Of a DNA stretch of 64,000 bases, positions 30,173-38,623 are shown in pieces. The notes under the pieces are model-generated. The model saw only the letters and a program-made list of their open reading frames with translations. It searched no databases and was not told the DNA's origin. Made by a program: the position numbers and the translations under genes. Within the stretch, counting starts at the first letter, position 1; each line of letters opens with the position of its first letter. The stretch is taken from IMG/VR virus record IMGVR_UViG_3300050122_000263, positions 518,008-582,007 of that record. The stretch is one strand, 5' to 3'.

Positions 30173-31216
30173 TTACACATGAACTTGCCCAGTCTCTAAC
30201 GAGATCATATCAACTGCGGAGTTCGATTCAGTCAAGGTCTCATATGGTTCCTTACGCTCTCCCTTGATCCAAAGCGCCACACTCAGCAAACTAGCCACCA
30301 ACGCGGGGATCATAATGTAGAGCGGATAATCAAGCCCTGGGTTAAGGTCTGGGAAGACAGAGTAGAAGATAGCAGTGGAGGGATTGACGATCGAGGTTGA
30401 GATCATGTTATAGTTGGTACTGATGGCATTGAGATAGACAGCTGCCACGAATAAACAGATGTAGGAAGCAGTGAATATCTCAAGCAGCAATGTAGGTACC
30501 AGTTTATGTACAAAGATGTCGCCACTGTCCCTGAAGGCTATTATAATATTGTCGGAGTAGCCGAAGAAGATATCAAGCCAGGAGAAGGCTACCACTACCA
30601 CGAACTGTACCAGACGGATGTAGAAGACTAGGCGTATCATGTTAAGGAAGCTGCCATCTCGGGTGTCAGTGATGTATTTCTCCTGCATCACATTATGCCC
30701 GCTGCGGAAGGTGGTACCTATGGTGAAGATAGCAATCCAAAGGATGGAGGATGGGCTCCAATGAGAATAGATGGGAATAATTGAGATACCTACGGAGGTG
30801 AACAGAAAAATTAGGCTCGGCACTATATACCACTTCTCATAGAAGACATTCTTCTTCAAAATATATTTAGTCATAATGATACTGGGGATGACAGCCAAGC
30901 CAGGTAGGATAGATTGCACCACAGCAGGGGTACGGATCGGATTAGCCGCATATAATGTGAAGATGCCGGCAAATGCATTACAGAGCCCTGCTATCAATAT
31001 AGTCTTCTTCTCTGGGACTCGCAACAGCTTCCAATCCTTGCGAGCCAAGAACAAGAGAATAAGGCCGAAGACAATACAGAAATGCGCCCCAGAGACTAGG
31101 ATAACGAAGATCATGGATGGAAACATCTGCGCCAGAAATGTTACAATAATGCGCTGTGTAGCCCCAGTGATGCTGACGGCGAAAACCAGAAATGCAATTC
31201 TGCGAGTTGCATCCAT
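30173..31216 (-). CDS. CRT-like (chloroquine resistance transporter-like, DMT superfamily) transporter 1
   Basis: About 10 TM helices; ANPIRTPAVVQSIL...IPS and QEKY motifs. Confidence 0.7.
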   Translation of the reverse strand: MDATRRIAFLVFAVSITGATQRIIVTFLAQMFPSMIFVILVSGAHFCIVFGLILLFLARKDWKLLRVPEKKTILIAGLCNAFAGIFTLYAANPIRTPAVVQSILPGLAVIPSIIMTKYILKKNVFYEKWYIVPSLIFLFTSVGISIIPIYSHWSPSSILWIAIFTIGTTFRSGHNVMQEKYITDTRDGSFLNMIRLVFYIRLVQFVVVVAFSWLDIFFGYSDNIIIAFRDSGDIFVHKLVPTLLLEIFTASYICLFVAAVYLNAISTNYNMISTSIVNPSTAIFYSVFPDLNPGLDYPLYIMIPALVASLLSVALWIKGERKEPYETLTESNSAVDMISLETGQVHV

Positions 31217-31287
31217 ATTTACGCGGTACTAATATACAAGATTGTTTAAAAGTGAAGCTGGCTCAAATTTTCTTGTCACTTTTAAAG

Positions 31288-32112
31288 ATGCACACAGATT
31301 ACATTGCTGACGCAGTAGTCAAGAGCCGCGTCTATCCGGTGTCACTCAGCATTCTCTTTATCGGCCAGTTTCTGATCTTTGCTGGTGCACTTTGGGTCGC
31401 TGATGTTTTGCTAACCACTGTTTTCCACGGTCTGGATGGCTATAATGGACGCATGTATTCTTATCTGCTGATTCATATTCCCTTCATCTTTGTCGTGAGT
31501 GGTGTGAGGCAATGGGCTTGGTACTTGCTGACCTTTGTTCACGGTATCGCCCACGTAACCCACCCTGCCCTTTTTGGTGTAGTCTTCAACACCAATTATA
31601 CACCTCTGTATGACTACATCGTGCATGCAGCACAATGTCTTTGTGTGTGGTACTGGAACCAGGACCATTTCCCCATCGGCGTGATGACCAGCCAACTCAT
31701 GCTAACCGGTGCTGCTATCGCCCATGTGCACCAACCCTTTTTGCAGACATTCCTCTGGATTGTTATCTCTGGCTTTGGCGTTTATGGTACCCAATACCAT
31801 ATGCAGCTTCTCAATGTCAAGAAACATCATCATATCTTCGTCTGTGGTTGGATCATCTGGCTGTCACCCTACCTCGGCTATCTTGTGCCAGGTCGCCTGC
31901 CTGAGTGGGACGCTGTCACCAACTACATCGGCCTATTTCGTGTTTGGTTTGTTGCCTTTTACCTGACCATGATCTCGGTTGGACAACATGATCCACTTGA
32001 TGAAGCCAGAGAGGATCAGAGTATGCAGATTCAGCAGGGCAAGCGTGTAATCAGTTTCATCCAAACAGACACAGCCCCTGTTGAGGGTGACAGCAAGATC
32101 AAGGCAAATTAA
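31288..32112 (+). CDS. His-rich polytopic membrane protein (putative metal-dependent lipid enzyme)
   Basis: About 8 TM; HGIAHVTH, VHAAQ, AHVH, YH motifs; start MHTDY at 31288. Confidence 0.6.
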   Translation: MHTDYIADAVVKSRVYPVSLSILFIGQFLIFAGALWVADVLLTTVFHGLDGYNGRMYSYLLIHIPFIFVVSGVRQWAWYLLTFVHGIAHVTHPALFGVVFNTNYTPLYDYIVHAAQCLCVWYWNQDHFPIGVMTSQLMLTGAAIAHVHQPFLQTFLWIVISGFGVYGTQYHMQLLNVKKHHHIFVCGWIIWLSPYLGYLVPGRLPEWDAVTNYIGLFRVWFVAFYLTMISVGQHDPLDEAREDQSMQIQQGKRVISFIQTDTAPVEGDSKIKAN

Positions 32113-32268
32113 CCCCGGGCTCAACTGGAGTTGAGCCACACCTAGTGTTCTGATATGTATATATGTAAGCCGTGTAAATATTTCGCTACTTCAAGCGAAA
32201 TATCCCCTATAATAGTGCAGAGAGTGGAAATGTTAAATCACTCTGCTTGTTTCTGAGCAAAAATTGTA

Positions 32269-33384
32269 ATGACTGCTGAAGTTGATGTGAAGTCCGGCCA
32301 GTTTGTGGCCTTGGCTATTGCCGTCATTACCCTCAATATGTTTCAGAGCATTGTTATCCCATTAGCAGCTCAATACTATACATGTCTCTACTTTATTTGT
32401 TTGATCACAGCTGTTGAGTTCTGTATAGTTATGTTTGTTGTTTTTATTTCGGTTAGACGTTACAATACTGGTAGCTGGACATTAGGGCCGATGCGAGCCA
32501 GGAAGACAGTTATCCTCTCCGGTATTTTTAATGCCTTAATGTCTATTATACTAGTGTATTGCTCAAATCCAGCGCGTACTCCTGTTATCATCCAATCTAT
32601 CTTCACAGGCTTGGTTATTCTGCCCAGTGTTCTTTTCACCCGCATTGTGCTTAAGAAACAGGTCGTCTATGACAAACGCTTTATTATACCTAGCCTACTA
32701 CTTTTAGCTGCCTCAATCGCCATCCCAATCGCGGGCATGGGAGCTGAAGGAACCTGGGCATCCTCCAATATCTACTGGAGCTCAGCCTATCTGTTTGGAG
32801 TAGTCTGCCGCAGTTACTTCAGCATCCTTCAGGAGAAGTATTTTGTTGAGACACAGGATGGCAGCATTGAGAATAAGCTCTCCTTAACTTTCTATACTAG
32901 ATTGGTGCAGCTTGTTGTTGTACTGGCTTGTTGCTGGCTAGAGTGGGTGGTTGGCTACACCGATCATCCCATCACCGCTTTCGGCGAGAGTTTTATGGCC
33001 ATGTGGACTCAAGCGATAGGAGCTGCTCTGCTACAAGGCTTCATTGCTGCCTATCTCATTAACTATGTGTTGTCTATCTACCTCAATGCCATCAGCACCA
33101 ACTACAGCATGATTATCTCAACGGCAGTGACGCCTGCTCTTGCTCTTTTCTTCGTTATCATACCAAGCCTCAATAATGGGCCTAAATGCAGCGTCGCTTT
33201 TGTTCTTCCAGCTCTGGCATGCTCCATTACTAGTGCTGTACTCTGGATTCTGGGTGAGAAGAAGACAGGCTACCAGATCATTGATAACAAAGGCATCAGT
33301 CCACCGGCCTCATTTGAAGGGACAATCGATCATATGAGTAAGATCTCAATTAACACAACATCTATTAGGAATGAGTCTGCCTGA
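32269..33384 (+). CDS. CRT-like transporter 2 (paralog of 30173..31216)
   Basis: SNPARTPVIIQSIF, LQEKY, YLNAISTNY shared with paralog 1. Confidence 0.7.
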   Translation: MTAEVDVKSGQFVALAIAVITLNMFQSIVIPLAAQYYTCLYFICLITAVEFCIVMFVVFISVRRYNTGSWTLGPMRARKTVILSGIFNALMSIILVYCSNPARTPVIIQSIFTGLVILPSVLFTRIVLKKQVVYDKRFIIPSLLLLAASIAIPIAGMGAEGTWASSNIYWSSAYLFGVVCRSYFSILQEKYFVETQDGSIENKLSLTFYTRLVQLVVVLACCWLEWVVGYTDHPITAFGESFMAMWTQAIGAALLQGFIAAYLINYVLSIYLNAISTNYSMIISTAVTPALALFFVIIPSLNNGPKCSVAFVLPALACSITSAVLWILGEKKTGYQIIDNKGISPPASFEGTIDHMSKISINTTSIRNESA

Positions 33385-33394
33385 TGTTCAATTT

Positions 33395-33418
33395 AAAAAC
33401 ATCATCTGTGGTGTTTTT
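33395..33418. terminator. Hairpin between convergent genes
   Basis: aaaaacatca-tctg-tggtgttttt (one G-U pair). Confidence 0.65.
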
Positions 33419-33455
33419 TCTCCTTATATACAACGATTCTCATCTCTGCATATGG

Positions 33456-34964
33456 TTAATAGAGATAAGGGATGAGACGGTAGGGAACTGTCTCACAGTA
33501 TTTGTGCCAAGAGAGGCCATACTTCTTGGCACAACGGGCTTCATCACGGTAACAACGGATGACTAGCAAGATGATCATGTAGATACAGTAGAAATAAGGG
33601 ATGATGCTGTCTGAGCCACAGGCTAAGCAATAGGCTGTTGACAGGATAATATCCCCTGTGTAGTTCATGTGACGGGCTACGCCCCATAGACCCTCAACCA
33701 GGAGTTTGCTCTCGTGGCAGCCAGACTCAGTTGTGTAGCTACACAGTACATGCTGCTGTCTGGCCTGTTCCTGCGGAGTTGAACGTCTGAAACAGTCCTT
33801 CTGGCTATTGGCGACTCGGAAGATGACGTAACCCAGCAGTCCCAACAGTAGGATGGAAAAGAACTTAGAGTTACCGAGCGTGACTGGATGGTAGCTGAGA
33901 TACTGAGCCTGTATAGTATAGGTGAAGGGCAACCAGACACAGTCTCCCCAAGCTAGCACCCAACCAAAGTGGTCATGGGCGATATCAATAGTGCGCAGAT
34001 ACCAATTCTCATTGAAGAAAAAGTCAAGCACATAGATAGCCTGTAATATATTAACCAGAACCATGGAGTCTGAGACATAACCGTAGCGCTTAGCTTGGGC
34101 TGCTGCAAAGGAGATGTTGATGAGAGTCCAGGCGATAATACCTGGTCGCCCGTTGAAAAAGAGCTTGAAATCCAAGTTGCCAATACGCGGGTTAAACTCG
34201 ACGCCCATAATGAAATCATACACAAAGCTGCCTGAGTATTTATTATCACGTGGATGAGTTGGGGCATAATGGGCTTTTAGGTAAGACATAATGGACAACA
34301 AAAGACCGGTGATATTAGCTACAAGGAAGAGAGCCATCCAATTGTCCGCGATCCAAGTCACAGACAAGATACTGTAATAGCAGAGCATGACGAAGGTGAT
34401 GTGAGTGATGAGCCAAGCCTGCAGCCCGTTAATATTGTAATAGAGCAGATGACCGGCAGGAGTTAACTGCCCCTGTTTGTGACCACCAACATAGCTAGGC
34501 GTCAGCTTATGTAAGCCATCAGGCAGCACAGCCAATAGAGTTTGCCAGGCAAACCAGCCAATTAGGGTGATTGTGACTGAGCCTATAGTATCTCTGATGT
34601 GAACGATGTCCAGGTAGCTGAGATTGTCTGAATTGGAGAGTTGGCTGTTCTCTGTAACAGCTACGAGGTGATCACCTCGCGACGATCCTGGGCTCAGGCC
34701 CAGGATCGGTACGAAATTCAACAGATTCTCGGCGAATGGCAGGAGATGATCATTTACACAGAGCATGATAAGACACAGGGCCAAGCCAGGCACCCAAATG
34801 AACATAAGTAATACACCGCGTACAGTCAGCTTGCTTGGGCTATCGCAGCGGCCCCACGTCTTCTTCCCTATAGCATTAGTATTGCCTGTGGCTGGGGTAA
34901 TATTGATATTCGAGCGAGAAGTGAAGTCTCCAGCACAGTCGCTATATGGAACATTAATGGACAT
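33456..34964 (-). CDS. DHCR7: 7-dehydrocholesterol reductase-like sterol reductase (ERG4/ERG24 family)
   Basis: YNINGLQAW, MGVEFNPRIG, DFKLFFNGRPG, TIDIAHDHFGW, GLWGVARHMNYTGD, RDEARCAKKYG..W..YC..VPYR. Confidence 0.9.
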   Translation of the reverse strand: MSINVPYSDCAGDFTSRSNINITPATGNTNAIGKKTWGRCDSPSKLTVRGVLLMFIWVPGLALCLIMLCVNDHLLPFAENLLNFVPILGLSPGSSRGDHLVAVTENSQLSNSDNLSYLDIVHIRDTIGSVTITLIGWFAWQTLLAVLPDGLHKLTPSYVGGHKQGQLTPAGHLLYYNINGLQAWLITHITFVMLCYYSILSVTWIADNWMALFLVANITGLLLSIMSYLKAHYAPTHPRDNKYSGSFVYDFIMGVEFNPRIGNLDFKLFFNGRPGIIAWTLINISFAAAQAKRYGYVSDSMVLVNILQAIYVLDFFFNENWYLRTIDIAHDHFGWVLAWGDCVWLPFTYTIQAQYLSYHPVTLGNSKFFSILLLGLLGYVIFRVANSQKDCFRRSTPQEQARQQHVLCSYTTESGCHESKLLVEGLWGVARHMNYTGDIILSTAYCLACGSDSIIPYFYCIYMIILLVIRCYRDEARCAKKYGLSWHKYCETVPYRLIPYLY

Positions 34965-35117
34965 TGCAGCTGTTTGCAACTTTCTTACGATCTCTCCACT
35001 ACAATTGGCTGATCAGTTCTCGCTTCTTTCGCTGTTGTCATAGAATTAGCACTATGATTATGACTGATATAAAGTTATATCAGTCAGATTAAAGTCGTAC
35101 TAGAAACAACCTAGATA

Positions 35118-35474
35118 ATGCAACTTGTATTGGATGCTGAGTCATGGCTTTGTCTCTTTGGTATTATGCTGCTACTGAGTAGATTGTCTTTCTCATCTGT
35201 TTTATATAGTTACCTCTTTGCTAGTGCTTGTCTAAGACGATATCGACAATATTCGCGTACTGGTAAAAGCTTGTGTAGTCAACTGCTAGAGTTCTCCGCC
35301 ATGACAATTATCTTCTTCAACCTCATCTTCATCAGTCTAGCTAGCCAAGACTATACAATTCATGATGTATTCCAACGTAGTTATCAATACTTCAGCAGTA
35401 TTGTGCCAGCTCCTGTTGTGATAGCGGTATATGTAGTGATCGTCTACATCAGCTATCTCTGGGCGGCCCATTGA
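35118..35474 (+). CDS. Small 3-4 TM membrane protein
   Basis: Hydrophobic segments throughout. Confidence 0.5.
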   Translation: MQLVLDAESWLCLFGIMLLLSRLSFSSVLYSYLFASACLRRYRQYSRTGKSLCSQLLEFSAMTIIFFNLIFISLASQDYTIHDVFQRSYQYFSSIVPAPVVIAVYVVIVYISYLWAAH

Positions 35475-35589
35475 TTTATTCAAATAAAGAGGATGAGAGT
35501 TACAAGATCTGCCATAACAACCTCTATGATGACAGATTTTATCTGTAAAATGATAGTACACCTCCAGCTAAAATTCTGGGAAATTCACG

Positions 35590-35868
35590 ATGAATAAGGG
35601 GCAAGAACAGGAACAAGAAGGGAAGCAACAGGTCATTGACCGTCTGAATGAGCATGCCAAGCAGCAGGGTAGTGATAAGACTGTTATCTATATGTCTCAT
35701 GTTAGTCTACCTGAAACAACTACAACATGTGCCAAATGCTCTGCCCCACCGACCCACCTAGCCCACTTCACCGGCAAGGAGAAGAGACTTTGTGGCGTCT
35801 GTGCCCTCAAGTTTCGAATTAAGAATGGTGGCTTACCAGCAGATCTCTGGTTCTGCAGGCCGCTCTAA
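35590..35868 (+). CDS. Small zinc-finger protein
   Basis: CAKC...H...LCGVC. Confidence 0.55.
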   Translation: MNKGQEQEQEGKQQVIDRLNEHAKQQGSDKTVIYMSHVSLPETTTTCAKCSAPPTHLAHFTGKEKRLCGVCALKFRIKNGGLPADLWFCRPL

Positions 35869-35899
35869 CCTTGAGCTAAGATTAAGGCTGCTTATCGTT

Positions 35900-35923
35900 A
35901 AAAACTTATTACAATAAGTTTTT
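35900..35923. terminator. Hairpin between convergent genes
   Basis: aaaaacttatt-ac-aataagttttt. Confidence 0.75.
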
Positions 35924-35948
35924 TATTTGAACTAGAGTACATGGCTGA

Positions 35949-37400
35949 TTAATTGTAAGTGTATTTCTCGAGCTTCCAACCGCTAACCAACAGCTCTGAG
36001 CTCTGCAACATGATGTTAGGAAGTGCTATTTTCGGCTCTTCCCGGGGCAGAAATGAGCCATAGATATGAACTGGATTGTTGCGAAGATACGGCTCATTTT
36101 CCTCTTGAGGTAATAGCTGTAAAGTTCCATAATCCCCATCATCGATTCTATATATTTTAGGATCTGGACACCATGATGATGTTACTTGTAATATATCACT
36201 AGGTCTCTCGATAACTCTTACCCTATTATCCCAACATCGCAGATGGTGGGAGAGAGCCGTACAACCACCAATATTAGGAGGCATCAATTGAGGTAGAGTA
36301 CCAACCATAACATATAACGGGCGCTCATGATACTCAGGCTTTTCAGGGAGTGGAAGATTGAGATATGTCACCTGAGCCTCCTCTTCTGCCTTACGGACCG
36401 ACAGGTTACGTATGACTAGCTCTGGTTGATCATCAAGCCAACCAAAGATTATGTTCATATCGAGTTGCACTCTATTGCTCTCCCAGGCGAGACGCTGTTC
36501 ATCATACATGATGCGGACTGGCAACTGACACCATCCATTCCAAAAATTTTGACTTATCTGTTGGCATGTCTTACAAAGACGCCTGAAGCGAGCAAGCTCG
36601 TGTATAGAAAGGTAGCCGAGGATCTCAGCGATGATAGGTTTGAGCAACAACATCCAGAGCTCATTTCGAGCATTCAGTTGATTGCGTAGATAATATCTTG
36701 CAGTCCATCCCTCAGGCGTAGCTTGGGTATCATTACATGTGAAATTGGGAAGTTGTAGCAATTCTTCAACACATGGGGTAAGATCAGCATGTATAACTCG
36801 CATGGCAAAACTAGGTACATTGCAAGACCTCCCGGTAAAAAGGGTCTTAATTGGAATAGTTGCATCGATATCCCCTTCTGTATACATTTTCACTATCTGA
36901 ACAGGCTCTGTCTTGGTTATCATCTTTACCACTCTTATTTGATTAACGGTGATAGAGTCGCGAGTTACACGACATTGATGATATGTTTGTATAAAATCAT
37001 CAGTTATCACGGTTTCATAGCGCTGTAACCCCGCACGATAGAATTGAGGAAGGGTACCCTCAATGACCGACAGATTATGCGCTTTATCATTGAAGATGTC
37101 CATATTCCAGTAGCGCTTGATAAGCTCCATTTTGTTCGGGCTCCAACCATAGACAAGCAGAGTAGTGTCATAATACAACCAGTTAAAACTGGGAATTGTG
37201 AGCCAATAATAAATGCGGACGGGAAGAATCTGCCATTGCTGCCATAAGGTCTGAGCCTGTTGGCAGAACCATTTACATGTTTTTCTTAGATTAGCTAGAT
37301 GGTATGGCCCAAGTTGTGACAGCAGATGTTGAACAGTCTTCTCCTCAAAGTTGGCCCATAACAGAGGAATGATTATCCCTGCGTCCATCACAACTTTCAC
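35949..37400 (-). CDS. Protein with two tandem F-box-like modules
   Basis: LLSQLGPYHLANLRKTCKWF...LPVRIYY and IIAEILGYLSIHELARFRRLCKTC...LPVRIMY; both halves contain GTLPQ. Confidence 0.65.
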   Translation of the reverse strand: MKVVMDAGIIIPLLWANFEEKTVQHLLSQLGPYHLANLRKTCKWFCQQAQTLWQQWQILPVRIYYWLTIPSFNWLYYDTTLLVYGWSPNKMELIKRYWNMDIFNDKAHNLSVIEGTLPQFYRAGLQRYETVITDDFIQTYHQCRVTRDSITVNQIRVVKMITKTEPVQIVKMYTEGDIDATIPIKTLFTGRSCNVPSFAMRVIHADLTPCVEELLQLPNFTCNDTQATPEGWTARYYLRNQLNARNELWMLLLKPIIAEILGYLSIHELARFRRLCKTCQQISQNFWNGWCQLPVRIMYDEQRLAWESNRVQLDMNIIFGWLDDQPELVIRNLSVRKAEEEAQVTYLNLPLPEKPEYHERPLYVMVGTLPQLMPPNIGGCTALSHHLRCWDNRVRVIERPSDILQVTSSWCPDPKIYRIDDGDYGTLQLLPQEENEPYLRNNPVHIYGSFLPREEPKIALPNIMLQSSELLVSGWKLEKYTYN

Positions 37401-37548
37401 AACACTTCGTTCACAACATGTTAATCATTGTCCTCTACTCAACACATTTATCTACCTACAAATAGAGTCAAACTTAAACAGGAGACTTAATCAATCGATA
37501 CTTCATAACATTACCTATTGCGAAGATACGCCATATATGGTGCATTTT

Positions 37549-38385
37549 TTAGGCTGTCTTGTAAATCTCAACATGATTGGGGAAGGTCACAAAGATTTGA
37601 TCCTGGTGTAGAAATACATCCTTCACCTCCTTCTCAAAGGCCAAGGTATATTTGAGTTTGAACCTCAAGTCATGACACTTCAACTGCTTACCACTAATCA
37701 CAAAGATTTGGCCTTGCTCGATTTTGACGCGATCATAAACATCCAAGAACTGGAGCCGGTGCACAAAGATGGGCGATGTCTCTAACTCATAACACCACAA
37801 AGAGATGTTATCATAACCGCGATCCTCAAGCGTAAACATCATTCCGCCTGCTAACCAGATACGCCTAGGAATGACTCTCATCTCTTTCAACTCAATCTTC
37901 TTCAGTGGTGTCTTGAGGGTAAAGCAGTCTTCATACTCGGTCTGGTCAAGGGTTAGCTCATAGTCCTCTTTGATGGGGATGGTAGTTTTACGGGCCATAA
38001 CCTCATGTTTGTCAGCATAACAGATGAGATGGCCATCGCCCATGTAAGCGAGGCGTGTATCTTGAGTTGAGATCATCAGCGCTTCATCTGAGATCATACG
38101 CAGCGCATAGCCCGTATCGATGGGAATAGAGATTTCATTGCGGATATTACTTCTGAGATCAAAACAGATCAACTGGTTATCTGCTATATAATGAATGCCG
38201 CCGTCAAAGATAACCCAACCATTAGCGTAATGTGTCGCATAAACTTGCTCACTTCCGCTGGAGCCCGGTACAATGCGAATAAATCGATTTGGTCCTATAC
38301 TTCGCTCAATTGTGTAGATTTGCCCATCGATGACGGCGATCACACCGGGACAGGGGAAATTACCCGTCGGTTGAGGTTGCTGCAT
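37549..38385 (-). CDS. Beta-rich hypothetical protein (propeller-like)
   Basis: Repeated short beta-strand patterns (LICFDL, LICYAD, LWCYEL, LKCHDL). Confidence 0.55.
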   Translation of the reverse strand: MQQPQPTGNFPCPGVIAVIDGQIYTIERSIGPNRFIRIVPGSSGSEQVYATHYANGWVIFDGGIHYIADNQLICFDLRSNIRNEISIPIDTGYALRMISDEALMISTQDTRLAYMGDGHLICYADKHEVMARKTTIPIKEDYELTLDQTEYEDCFTLKTPLKKIELKEMRVIPRRIWLAGGMMFTLEDRGYDNISLWCYELETSPIFVHRLQFLDVYDRVKIEQGQIFVISGKQLKCHDLRFKLKYTLAFEKEVKDVFLHQDQIFVTFPNHVEIYKTA

Positions 38386-38583
38386 TGCTTTCGTGGAAAT
38401 TAGTGGAGTGCTCTGAAATCAGTTCAAATTGCTTGCTTATTGTATTTGGGTCTAGACTGGATCTCCTGTACAAATGATATCTGTGTGATCTGTATTATAG
38501 AACTGAGGGATTAAATTCTCAAGTCTATAACAATGTCTGTGACAATCCACAGATCAGAATACAGCTCTTATAAAGCTTGAGTC

Positions 38584-38607
38584 AAAACATCTCATATGAG
38601 ATGTTTT
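38584..38607 (-). terminator. Perfect palindromic 3'-end hairpin
   Basis: aaaacatctcat/atgagatgtttt. Confidence 0.75.
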
Positions 38608-38623
38608 TTAATTTGGTAGCCGG

